From: Cyanobacteria bacterium P01_F01_bin.150
GTDB lineage: Bacteria; Cyanobacteriota; Cyanobacteriia; CAKZMO01
Assembly: GCA_039189765.1 (NCBI GenBank)
Contig: JBCCYL010000031.1
Location: 1-64,000 of the forward strand
Reading direction: 5' to 3'
DNA: 64,000 nucleotides
Shown here one piece after another: positions 46,951-56,965 of the stretch. The notes under the pieces are model-generated. The model was not told the origin of the DNA and did no database searches. It worked only from the letters and a program-made list of their open reading frames with translations. Made by a program: the position numbers and the translations under genes. How positions within the stretch are numbered: the stretch's first letter is position 1; each line of letters opens with the position of its first letter.

Positions 46951-47403
46951 TAAAGAACTCCCTATAAAACAAAGAGTTTAGAGCTGTACACCTGTTTCTA
47001 ATCTGATATGGTCAAGCTAAAAACAGGCTTAAACTGGAAAATATCAAACAAGTGCCCCATGGTTTGGAGAGGACAGAACAGCTTAGCTTTTAGGCTCGAA
47101 TTCAGGAACGTAAAATTCCTTAAAACCTCATCTAATTCGTTCTAATTTGAGTCAAAAAAATAGAGTGAAAACCATTTTATTCTACTCAAATTAAAAGCTT
47201 AGTCTGGCACTCTTGCAAGAATTAAATTGCGATAGCTGAACTAAAAAAAGACGAACAAAAGACTGTGAATCAGAAATTTTCAAACACTCAGCCTCTAAGA
47301 AAATAATATAAAGATACCTGACGTTCCAATAAAATAAAACTGTTGTATTCCATTGAATTGATGCTTCCCAATATATCTAACACGCTTAAAAAATATTCTC
47401 AAC

Positions 47404-47440
47404 TATGTAAAAATGCACACCAGATGTGCATTTTTACATA
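47404..47440. promoter_or_regulatory. perfect 16-bp inverted repeat (candidate operator or hairpin)
   Basis: TATGTAAAAATGCACA-CCAGA-TGTGCATTTTTACATA in the divergent intergenic region. Confidence 0.6.
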
Positions 47441-47490
47441 CAGCACCTAAAAATTAAAATTATCTAAAAAATATATGTAGTGTTAGGCAC

Positions 47491-47685
47491 CTGGTTGACT
47501 GACAAAACTTTGCCCCCGTGCAGTTGAAACTGCGGCTACACAAACAAAACCCGCCTGCGCGGGTTACTGAAACCCTTGATATACATAGTCCATACAGGTG
47601 GACTTCGTTTGTATAGCCGCAACTTCTAGTTGCCAGGGCAATGAACGTAAAATCAAGGGTTTCAGGACTTTTGTCAGTCAATCAG
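47491..47685. mobile_element. MITE with 17-bp TIRs and ~9-bp target-site duplication, copy 2
   Basis: TIR CTGGTTGACTGACAAAA / TTTTGTCAGTCAATCAG; flanks GTTAGGCAC (47482-47490) and ATTAGGCAC (47686-47694). Confidence 0.85.
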
Positions 47686-48152
47686 ATTAGGCACAATATA
47701 GATAGTCTTATTGTCTATATTCCTATGAATCAGATCTCTAAACCCTTTTAATCCATAGGAATCCTATTTGATCCTTGAACGAAAGATTGAACGTGGGAAT
47801 GAGCTTCACCTGCCCCCTATATTCAAAAAGTAAACCGGACTACTAGACAAGTACAAAGCAGATTTTTAATTTATAAATCTGTTTATCTAAAGTGCTGATC
47901 TCAAATATTTAATATATTCTTGATAAAGGCAAGATGAGCAAGCAAAATCGGGAGTTTTACGATAAATTAATAGAGCTAAAAATAATTACATACTGATCAA
48001 GTAAATATGAATTTGGAAATCCACTTATTTAGAGAGTGACCATTACTAGTTTGTAGAGGATAAATTACTCTCTTGAAACTGCTATTTAGGTTTTCGTTTA
48101 AGCTTGCAGATAGCATGTAAAACAGACGCAAAAATCAGGATAGGTAACGACA

Positions 48153-49436
48153 ATGAAAATCAACATTCTCACCATTGGCTCCCGGGGCGACGTGCAACCT
48201 TACCTGGCCTTAGGAGTTGGGCTACAGCAAGCAGGCCATCGGGTGCAACTGACCACCCACGAGACTTTCAGGGAGCTGATTACCCGTTATGGTCTGGAGT
48301 TCTTTCCGATTGGCGGCAATCCCCAGGATATGCTCCGGGGCGAAGCTGGACAAGCTACGATTGAGTCTGGGCGGAATCCCATCAAGGTACTTCAAGGTTT
48401 AACCCAGATGGTGGAACCGATTATGGCAGAGTGTTTGGAGCAATCTTGGCAGTCTTGTCAGGATGCTGACGCCATCATTAGTAGTGGTGTCGCTTTTTGG
48501 GGCGACGACATTGCCCAGGTCCTGAAACTGCCGTCTTTTTTTGGGCTTTTGCAACCCCTTTCGGTGACCACTGAGTTTCCCCATTTTCTCGCGGCAACGG
48601 CCAATCTGGGTGGCCCCCTCAACTGGATCACGTATCAATTTATCGCTCGGTTTTGGTGGCAACTCTTCAAAACGTCGGTCAACCCCTGGCGAGAAAAACA
48701 CCTGAGTCTGCCACCTCACAGGGGCTGCCCTTTTTTGAATCAGCACTGGCAGACACTGCCTAAACTTTATGGCTACAGTCCGACAGTGGTGCCGAAGCCC
48801 GCTGACTGGAATGACGCCTGCCATGTGACGGGCTACTGGTTTTTAGAAGCTCCCGATAACTTCACGCCCCCGGCTGATTTGCTCGATTTTCTAGCAAGCG
48901 GGGAACTACCTGTTTATGTCGGGTTCGGTTCAATGTCCAGTCGCGATTCTAAGGCAATGACGAAGACGTCTCTGTCGGCGCTACAGCAGAGCGGACAGCG
49001 GGGCGTGCTGCTGTCCGGGTGGGGCGGCATTACGCAAACGGATCTGCCGGACTCTGTTTTCAAGCTTGACGGGATTCCTCATGCTTGGCTGTTTCCCAGA
49101 ATGAAGGCAATTGTTCACCACGGGGGCGCTGGCACAACAGCGGCGGCGCTGCGCTCAGGGGTGCCCAATATTGTAGTGCCGTTTTCTGTCGATCAGCCAT
49201 TTTGGGGCGATCGCGTGGTTCAACTCGGCGTCAGTCCCGACTCGATCCCTAAAAAACAGCTATCAACCGAACGACTGACCGCCGCCATCCAGCGGGCAAC
49301 CCAAGATGAGAGTCTTCGGGCCAGAGCCAGTGTGATCGGCAACACCATCAATAATGAAAACGGAGTCCAAAAGGCGGTTCAGATTGTCAACAACTATCTA
49401 GTCAAAGGCGGCTTCCCAGTCACCTCTCTCACATGA
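48153..49436 (+). CDS. family 1 glycosyltransferase (sterol/aglycone UGT-like)
   Basis: IGSRGDVQPYLALG, VTGYWFL, VYVGFGSM, IPHAWLFP, VHHGGAGTT, DQPFWG. Confidence 0.92.
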   Translation: MKINILTIGSRGDVQPYLALGVGLQQAGHRVQLTTHETFRELITRYGLEFFPIGGNPQDMLRGEAGQATIESGRNPIKVLQGLTQMVEPIMAECLEQSWQSCQDADAIISSGVAFWGDDIAQVLKLPSFFGLLQPLSVTTEFPHFLAATANLGGPLNWITYQFIARFWWQLFKTSVNPWREKHLSLPPHRGCPFLNQHWQTLPKLYGYSPTVVPKPADWNDACHVTGYWFLEAPDNFTPPADLLDFLASGELPVYVGFGSMSSRDSKAMTKTSLSALQQSGQRGVLLSGWGGITQTDLPDSVFKLDGIPHAWLFPRMKAIVHHGGAGTTAAALRSGVPNIVVPFSVDQPFWGDRVVQLGVSPDSIPKKQLSTERLTAAIQRATQDESLRARASVIGNTINNENGVQKAVQIVNNYLVKGGFPVTSLT

Positions 49437-49557
49437 AACAATCAAGCTGATGCGGGCTAACTTGTTGACTGACCAAATTTGTTCGAGTGGTGGTTGAAAC
49501 TACAGTTCAGTGTACTCCAAATACCTACGAGGACTATCGGATGCATTGACTATCACG

Positions 49558-49604
49558 GTGGTGTGGGTACGACGCGCCCACACTATCCGCCCAGAGTTGA
49601 TACC
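49558..49604 (+). repeat. hairpin + tail repeat (same family as the ends of 29776-30063)
   Basis: GTGTGGGTACGACGCGCCCACAC-TATCCGCCCAGAGTTGATACC. Confidence 0.65.
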
Positions 49605-49685
49605 TTCTATTTGCCGAATCTTAGTAAATAAAGCCATATCAAAGACACGTAAAATCGAAATACTAACTGGTGCTAGATTAATCTG

Positions 49686-50567
49686 ATGGATAACTGGAAT
49701 GAAATAAAGACGGCCTATCAGGTTGCACGTTTGGGAACTGTCAGTGCAGCAGCAGAGGCTCTAAATGTACATCGCTCAACCGTAATTCGACATATTGATG
49801 CACTAGAGGCTGCGTTTGGAGCCAAAATTTTTCTGCGCCATGCGCAGGGGTATACGCCAACGGATTTAGGGTTTGATTTGATGAGGGTCGCAAGGGCCAC
49901 GGATGAACAATTCAATCAGCTAATGGAGCGGGCAAAGGCAGACACAGCGGAATTATCCGGTGAATTTATCCTGACATCAATGTATGCCCTTGCACCGCTG
50001 TTAATCCCAATACTCAAGGCATTTCAGGCCAGCTATCCGAACGTTACTGTTCGATATTTGACTAGCGACCGACTCTTTCGATTGGACCATGGAGAAGCCC
50101 ACGTTGCCGTGCGAGCCGGTCCTAAACCCAATCTCTCAGACCATATTGTCCATCCCTTTATCAAGACGAGAATGGGACTATATGCCAGCACCGATTATAT
50201 TGACCGCAATGGTGTTCCACAAAGGCCCGAGGAGTTTAAGGATCATTGCTTTGTGGGGCTAGATAATGATGCTGGGCCACCGTCCAATCTCAATAGCTGG
50301 ATGCGCAATAATATCCCTAAAAGAAATGTTGTACTGCGTAGTACCGATGTGATGGTAACAGAGAGTGCAATCTTGTCGGGGATGGGAATTGGGTTCTTTC
50401 CCGTTGAAAAAGCTAGGCAGCATTCTAATTTAATTGAAATCTGGCCCCATCAGGATCAATGGGATGTCTCATTCTGGCTAATGACCCATGCTGATTTGTA
50501 TCAAACGGCTAAAGTGCAAGCATTCTTGACCTTTTTGCGACAAGAGACTGATGAACCCGAATGCTGA
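49686..50567 (+). CDS. LysR family transcriptional regulator
   Basis: VARLGTVSAAAEALNVHRSTVIRHIDALE...GYTPT HTH; substrate-binding domain. Confidence 0.93.
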   Translation: MDNWNEIKTAYQVARLGTVSAAAEALNVHRSTVIRHIDALEAAFGAKIFLRHAQGYTPTDLGFDLMRVARATDEQFNQLMERAKADTAELSGEFILTSMYALAPLLIPILKAFQASYPNVTVRYLTSDRLFRLDHGEAHVAVRAGPKPNLSDHIVHPFIKTRMGLYASTDYIDRNGVPQRPEEFKDHCFVGLDNDAGPPSNLNSWMRNNIPKRNVVLRSTDVMVTESAILSGMGIGFFPVEKARQHSNLIEIWPHQDQWDVSFWLMTHADLYQTAKVQAFLTFLRQETDEPEC

Positions 50568-50581
50568 CCCTTAAGCAAGTG

Positions 50582-50628
50582 GGGATCCACTTTAGGCGGG
50601 TAGTGTGGGCACGACGCGTCCACACTAC
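50582..50628 (-). repeat. hairpin + tail repeat, inverted relative to 49558-49604
   Basis: Reverse complement reads GTGTGGACGCGTCGTGCCCACAC-TACCCGCCTAAAGTGGATCCC. Confidence 0.6.
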
Positions 50629-50770
50629 TGTTAAGCTTGTTTCTCCTTAAAACGAAATCCGTGTAATAAATCACCATTAAAAAATGCTCCAAGTTGCCCT
50701 GTGGAGCGTTACCCTGAGTTTTAAATAAACACTGAGACTTCAATACTATTGTTAGAACGGGGCATAACCT

Positions 50771-51445
50771 ATGCAGCTATCCCATAGAAAATCACATCAA
50801 AAATATCAGAGTTTATTACTTGTATTAATCGCCAATTTTTTGGTCGCGCCATTTCTGAAATCAGGGCTTGGCAGTATGATATCAGCCTTGCTTCTATTAT
50901 GCACAATGCTGATTATTATTCATAGCTTTAAACTTCAAAAAATCTATGTGGGGATGTTTACGGCGATCGCCATCATCGCATTTATCGTTCAGATTAATAC
51001 CCATACAGGATGGTTTTTGGGATTAGATAATGCTATTTCTATCGTGCCCCTTATTATCTTCTCTCTGTACTTTGGAGGGGCTGCCTACTGGATTAGTCGG
51101 GATTTATTTACGGTTTCTCAAGTAACAGCAGATACAATAAAGGGCGGGATCAGCCTGTATTTCCTTATTGGCTATGTATGGGCATTTTTCTATGGCATGG
51201 TTGATATTCTGAGTGCTAATGCATTTTCCCAAACCTTACTGTTCCAAGACTCTTTTCTCAAAACGGTTCATTTTAGCTTCACCACTCTCACCACATTAGG
51301 GTATGGCGACATTGTTCCTATTAGTGAGGTGGCTCAAGTTCTAACCAATCTGGAGGCGATTATGGGCCAAGTGTATTCGACCATATTTATTGCTATTTTA
51401 GTCAGCGGTTACATTGCACAAGGCGAAGACAAAAAAACGTTATAG
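50771..51445 (+). CDS. potassium channel family protein
   Basis: Multiple TM segments; filter FSFTTLTTLGYGDIVP. Confidence 0.9.
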   Translation: MQLSHRKSHQKYQSLLLVLIANFLVAPFLKSGLGSMISALLLLCTMLIIIHSFKLQKIYVGMFTAIAIIAFIVQINTHTGWFLGLDNAISIVPLIIFSLYFGGAAYWISRDLFTVSQVTADTIKGGISLYFLIGYVWAFFYGMVDILSANAFSQTLLFQDSFLKTVHFSFTTLTTLGYGDIVPISEVAQVLTNLEAIMGQVYSTIFIAILVSGYIAQGEDKKTL

Positions 51446-51602
51446 TTCTTATCTTTATCTTAATGTTAGGAGCGATCGCCGCTTCACCTCCCAATGCAAT
51501 ATCAGAACACGAAATTGTTAAACCTATCGAACGAATCGGAGAAGAGGCAAGGCTGGAGAAGTAATATCTTCCTTGAATACACATTCTTTAAGGAAGAGGG
51601 GC

Positions 51603-51871
51603 ATGAGTCAGACAATCAAAATGACGGTTCTATATTATATATTGATGGCACTGACCAAACCTTTGAGTGGGAGCCTGACACTGAGCAGGTTGAATCAGCT
51701 ACCATGCTGAGCCGTCTCCAAAAAAGTCTGCATGAGGAATACATCTTGATTGAAACAGGTGACCAGTTCATGATTATTCCCAAGCAGAATATCAAAACCA
51801 TCACGATCAACGCTGTGCCTCCGCAACTTCCTCCATCAGCGATTCGTGGTGCTAGGCTGGTCAATTCTTAA
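51603..51871 (+). pseudogene. small hypothetical protein frameshifted by a 5-bp duplication
   Basis: AGGAAGAGGGGC-ATG at 51603; TATAT-TATAT at 51631-51640; removing 5 nt gives an 87-aa ORF MSQTIKMTVLYIDGTDQTFEW... Confidence 0.6.
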
Positions 51872-51916
51872 CTCAGCGACCAGGAAAACAACCACTCGAT
51901 ATAGACGATTAGTACC

Positions 51917-53371
51917 ATGGCAATGCTTGCTTTGAAACGGATGATGGTAGCTCTTGTTGTGGGGACTACTGCAATCGCAGGGGTTGGATAAATGCGAAGC
52001 GCGATGGCGCAACGCCGCTCAATAGAGAATATTGGTCTTTATCCAGCCCCTTCCACTCAACCTTCTGCGAGATCAACCGATTTAGCACACGCCCAACCCG
52101 CTCCTTCACCACTCTCTCAACTGCAATCAACGTCTGAAGACTCAAGCGTTGAGCAATCCATCCTCTGGCAACCTGTGCTATCTCGACGAGAGGACTACGG
52201 CAAAATCAAGGTGGTGTGGCTTGAAGGGACGTCCTACGAAATGGGCTATCAGCACGGCACCCTGTTGCGGGATGAAATTGCCTCTCTGGGGCAAGAAGTG
52301 ATTGATTCTATCAACTTTATGGGACGAGGCTTTGCTCTGGGGCGGTTATCTCGGCGGCGATCGTTTCCAGGGATTGAAGAAGAATGCCAAGGCATGGTAG
52401 ATGCCATTCCTGATGTGGGGTTGACCCTGGATGGCTGTATGGTATTAGCCATGGGGGATATGTTTCAGGAGTATTTCACTTACCTAGTGCCCACGGTTCT
52501 ATTCAACGAGGGGTGTGCCCATTTTATTGCGTCGGGAGATGCCACGGCAGATGGGCGCATGTATCACGGCTGGACTTTGGATAATAATGCCAGTCCCATG
52601 CCCTACTGGATTGAAAATCCAACCATTCTGGTGCGCCAGCCCGACGAAGGGATTCCCCATGCGTTTATTACCATTCCAGGGGTAGTGTGGCCTAATGCAG
52701 GGTTTAATGCGGAAGGGATTATCGTGTCCAACAATACGGCCCATCCCAACGATTACGAGGATCTTGCCCTCAATGGCAAAAGCACGGTGCAGTTGATGGG
52801 CCAGATTGCCCAATATGCCAGCAGCTATGCCGAAGCGTACGCCATTATGGAATCCCATGATCGAATGCGAGCGAATTTGGTGATTGTGTCTGATGCTGAG
52901 TCGCAGCAGGCAGCAGTGTTTGAGCTATTGGGAACAGAAATGGGCGTGCGGAATCTAGATGCTAATGGGTTGCTTTACATGACCAACCATTTTGCTGATC
53001 CTGATGTGGTAGGTCGTGATTCTTCTAATGAATCTAGCTTTAATCGATTCCAGAGTTTTGAACAGATGCTGGAGCCGGACGGGTCGCGATCGCGCTACGG
53101 CAGCATTACGCCAGAGGTGATTGTGGAGATTTTGCGCGATCGCACCCACCCAAAAACCGGGGAGGTGAGCAGCCTGGATGTGTTTGATGACAATGCCAGC
53201 ATTGGTGGCAATGGCTCCCTACGCCAGGTGGTATTTGATCCGGAGGGGCTGAGGTTTTGGCTGGCAGCGGGGGAAGTACCCATTCCTGAAAATTCGTTTA
53301 CCTGCTTTTCCTTGGGTGAGATGCTAAATCTGCCCAACGCCATGGCCTGTCCATCCCCTGCCATCGACTAG
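51917..53371 (+). CDS. peptidase C45 / Ntn-hydrolase family protein; signal peptide interrupted by an in-frame TAA
   Basis: LEGTSYEMGYQHG, EGCAHF (Cys nucleophile), GFNAEG, TNHF; in-frame upstream MAMLALKRMMVALVVGTTAIAGVG*MRSAMAQ with the stop at 51989-51991. Confidence 0.8.
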
Positions 53372-53383
53372 AGGAGTGTAATC

Positions 53384-54772
53384 ATGAAGCGTCTACAAAA
53401 CGGCTTGGGTTCTTTAAAGGGAGCATTGGTAGCGATGGTGTGCGCCTTTGGCCTCAGTCCCAGTGCCCAAGCAGCGGATACGGTCATTCTCAAATATCAG
53501 TCGATTCAGGCCACGGTATCTGTTGATGAGGTGGAGGACTTTGCTGCCGATCATCAAGATATTTCTGAGCCACTGCAACGCTTTTTGGAGCAAACGCCCC
53601 TGTCCCCTGAGTTAATGGCCACGCTATTGGATGCGTCCATTCCCGATACGGGCATTCCCTTAGGCAATACTGATATTCAGTTTTTGCTCTATCAACTCAA
53701 CAAGCTGGTCGGTGATCCTCTTACTCGCGAAGACTTAAGGCCCCTGGCCCTAGCCCTCCAGTCGGCCTACCTGGATCAGGACATGTCGATGCTGGAGATA
53801 GCCAGGCGCTACCCCGAGGACGAGGTCCGTTTAGATTTTGGCCAGTTGGAAAAAGTGCATCGCGATGTCACTTTATTTGTGCAGCGCATTACCCCTCTGC
53901 TTAATTTCTTTGATGAACTCTTGCCGGATATGGTGTGTGAGTGCGAAGAGGAAAATGATGAACTAACGGCAATGGGGCAGAAATTCTGCCGTACAGTACC
54001 AGACAATCCAATACAAACTACCCTCGCCTCAAAGTCTTACCCATCGGATGACGCTCATTTGGCGGCAGTTATTGATGACCAGAACAAGACGATTGGGAGC
54101 TTCCATGCTTACGATATGCGATCGCCAGACTTTCCACGACCTAACGAATCAACCAACACAACCCTAGTCGCCGAGTGGGAAAATTCCACAGACGATACGA
54201 TCCAAATTACCCCTGGTGCGACCTCAACCAGCACCTATGTGCCCTATCGGATTTCTGAGGATGTGGTATTTGCCCTGGGTCCGGTGCGGCTATCTTTTTC
54301 GATCGCCGACTTGACGACGTTTGTGGAGACGGGGGATGTGCCTAATGGCTGGCGCACTCCTTTGAGCGTTGCCAACGTCGAGCCAGAGGATTTACGCTCT
54401 ATCCTGACATCGGAAGTGGAGATGGACCTGAGGGAAATAGACAAAGACTTTAACAATCTGCTGGGAGAATATGCTTTATTTCAACTGGGGCAGCTTATTC
54501 ATACGCCCTCTCGAACTGCCAATATTCAGGCGTTACGAGGTGCGTTGATCCTATCGGTGGCAGATGATGGCAAGGTGAGTCTGCTGGAGTTTTTGCAAAA
54601 CTATCCAGCACCCCAGGTGATTGTGGAAAGTGTGGATGTACTGCGCTTATCCAGAAATTTGCGAGGCAGTGGGGCAGTGCCGACATTAACCGGAGGACTG
54701 GAGGATGTGCTGGTACAGATTCAGGAGGCGATCGCCCTGGAGATTTGTGAGTGTAATGGTGATGAACGCTAA
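53384..54772 (+). CDS. exported protein with two DUF1400-like domains
   Basis: Signal ..SAQAADTVILKY; second domain LSFSIADLTTFVETG...NIQALRGALILSVADDGKVSLLEFLQNYP. Confidence 0.75.
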   Translation: MKRLQNGLGSLKGALVAMVCAFGLSPSAQAADTVILKYQSIQATVSVDEVEDFAADHQDISEPLQRFLEQTPLSPELMATLLDASIPDTGIPLGNTDIQFLLYQLNKLVGDPLTREDLRPLALALQSAYLDQDMSMLEIARRYPEDEVRLDFGQLEKVHRDVTLFVQRITPLLNFFDELLPDMVCECEEENDELTAMGQKFCRTVPDNPIQTTLASKSYPSDDAHLAAVIDDQNKTIGSFHAYDMRSPDFPRPNESTNTTLVAEWENSTDDTIQITPGATSTSTYVPYRISEDVVFALGPVRLSFSIADLTTFVETGDVPNGWRTPLSVANVEPEDLRSILTSEVEMDLREIDKDFNNLLGEYALFQLGQLIHTPSRTANIQALRGALILSVADDGKVSLLEFLQNYPAPQVIVESVDVLRLSRNLRGSGAVPTLTGGLEDVLVQIQEAIALEICECNGDER

Positions 54773-54795
54773 GGGCGATCGCCCTGCGTTATCTC

Positions 54796-55506
54796 TTAAA
54801 GCGCCTGAAAGGACTCAAAAAACGTGGTAATTTCTTCCTCGTTTTCTGAGTCCTGGGGCTGACTTACCGCAAGGACATAGAGCTGTCCGTCTATTAGCAG
54901 GACTCGGAAATAGATCACCTCTTCTTCGTTTTGCAACGTAAATTCTCGTCCCGGAAGATCATCGACGGTGATGGTGCGAATATCTGCCACACCAAACCCT
55001 GTTTGATCCCCAATAATTCGAGTCTGGACGCGATTCAGCAAATCATCAGGGTCAGCATTAGTAAATGAAGCTTCAGCATCAGAAAAAGCAACGACAAATC
55101 GTCCCAGTGCAGAGGTCGTAGAAATCACGTCAAACTCGATATTGCCATCGATGCTCTCAACGATTTTAGTCTCATGACTGGTCATGCCTTGGGGCATCCA
55201 CACCACCGCGTCCCCTTCCCGCAAGACGATCGCGGACCACTGGATCATATCTACATCCACATCCAGCACCGGAATGGTATCTGGCTGCTCTTGCTGAAGC
55301 AGCTCGATTTCCTGTTCGAGTTGCTCCTGCCCCAGATCAAAAAAGTCGGGGCGATCGGGACGAAATTGGGCGTTGGCATTGAAGCTGGGGCTACAGACAA
55401 GTCCAATCGTAATTCCAGCACTAACTATGGTTTGAATTAACATTTTGGGACAACGGTGCTGGAATTTAGGATTGCAAAGATGTTGGGAGGATTGTGAATG
55501 CATCAT
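54796..55506 (-). CDS. hypothetical exported protein
   Basis: Signal-like ..ANAQ, then RPDFFDLGQEQLEQEI; ends FFESFQAL; real start may be the internal Met (MLIQT). Confidence 0.7.
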   Translation of the reverse strand: MMHSQSSQHLCNPKFQHRCPKMLIQTIVSAGITIGLVCSPSFNANAQFRPDRPDFFDLGQEQLEQEIELLQQEQPDTIPVLDVDVDMIQWSAIVLREGDAVVWMPQGMTSHETKIVESIDGNIEFDVISTTSALGRFVVAFSDAEASFTNADPDDLLNRVQTRIIGDQTGFGVADIRTITVDDLPGREFTLQNEEEVIYFRVLLIDGQLYVLAVSQPQDSENEEEITTFFESFQAL

Positions 55507-55837
55507 CTACTGTCCTGAAAATAAGTAAACAAGGGGAGGGCGTAGGTATCGAATTAAAATTTAGCTTCTAATGATTAATCGTCCACAATCATGGATTCAA
55601 TAGGGCCGTAACTCTGAAAAAGCGACGATGGAGGCGCTGGCCTGGCCGTTGATTGGCCTGTTGTATGAACCATTATGAATATAGTAGAAAACCCTCAGCA
55701 TCTTGATAGCATCCTCATTGCACTATGGTCCCCAGCCTTTGCTAAATATGAAGATTTCAATAGGAACCGTTCCAATGTAGGGACGACTTGGGGGAAACTA
55801 ATGCCATCTGCCGATACATCACCACACCGCATAACAC

Positions 55838-56845
55838 ATGAGTAAGAAAAGCGATTGGAACACTTTGAAGTCTGTCTTGTTCGACAAGAAAAAGCACAGC
55901 CTTTGGCTAATCGTCTCCCTTGTTCTTACTCCTACTGTGGCGATCGCCCAGGAAAAAAGCCTAGTCCTTTGCGAAACGGTTCCTACTACCGTGCGGGTAT
56001 ACGAGGAAAATGATGAACTGTTAATGCGAGCCTACGATCGTAACCGTAACCTGGTCTGGATGGACCGAACTCCAACCAGCGTTCAAGGAACAAACACCGG
56101 ACTGCTATACAACAATGAGTTAGGCGAACTGTCCGTACGGGTGAATGTGGACTTCAGCAATGGGAGTTGCTCGATTCAGGTTAACAACGACCCCGCCAAA
56201 CCGGGCACAATGTTGAGGAACAACACCGTCCATTCCGTCATTGGGACTGTCACCTATCGGGCACGGATCGCTCTGCCCAGCAATAGTGTAATCACCACCC
56301 AACTGGTTAATTTGGGGGACCCTGCATTGGAAACGGTGGCGTCATATCGCGTTGTCACATCGGGGGAACAGGTTCCTATTCCATTCCACCTATTCTATTT
56401 ATCTGAGCAGATCGATCCTAATCAACGCTACGGTGTCGTGTCCCAAATCGTCCTTGAGGGTGGGCAACGATGGACAACAGCGACAGATTATCCCGTACTG
56501 ACTCAGAATGCTCCGTTTTCGACTGAAGTGGTGTTAAAGCAAGGGGACGCTAGTTCAGCACCCGACCAGCCGAGTTCTGGCGGAGAGGACGACGCTTTAC
56601 CAGAGGCGATCGCCTCTGCGGTGGAAGCAACCTTTACCAGAGAGTTTGGAGATACACCCTTTCAGATTGACCAGTATAGGCGAGAATCGTGGTCCGATAG
56701 TTGTTTAGGGCTAGGTGGACCTGCCGAAAGCTGTCTTGCTGCATTGACGGAGGGATGGCGGGTAGCGATCGTTGACCTCACGACTGATCAACGCTACGTC
56801 TATCGCACCAATCTCGGAGGAGATAGCATTCGGAGAGAGAAGTAG
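55838..56845 (+). CDS. exported protein with YbaY-like domain and a C-terminal Cys-pair domain
   Basis: GTVTYRARIALP..QVPIPFHL.Y...IDPNQRY; ESWSDSCLGL..ESCLAALTEGWRV. Confidence 0.8.
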   Translation: MSKKSDWNTLKSVLFDKKKHSLWLIVSLVLTPTVAIAQEKSLVLCETVPTTVRVYEENDELLMRAYDRNRNLVWMDRTPTSVQGTNTGLLYNNELGELSVRVNVDFSNGSCSIQVNNDPAKPGTMLRNNTVHSVIGTVTYRARIALPSNSVITTQLVNLGDPALETVASYRVVTSGEQVPIPFHLFYLSEQIDPNQRYGVVSQIVLEGGQRWTTATDYPVLTQNAPFSTEVVLKQGDASSAPDQPSSGGEDDALPEAIASAVEATFTREFGDTPFQIDQYRRESWSDSCLGLGGPAESCLAALTEGWRVAIVDLTTDQRYVYRTNLGGDSIRREK

Positions 56846-56965
56846 GTTATGGCTTTGGCTTCTCTCAGCCAGCGAGCAGGAAGGATCGATCGCCCGTGAG
56901 ATTGATGGTTGTGAGAGAGGGGCTGGGGGAAAAGAGAACTATGCCTGACTTCTCCTCTATATCCG

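Noticed and set aside
47460..47681. 73-aa ORF within the MITE (and ORFs at 29852-30050)
   Set aside because: No transposase motifs; incidental frames in non-coding elements
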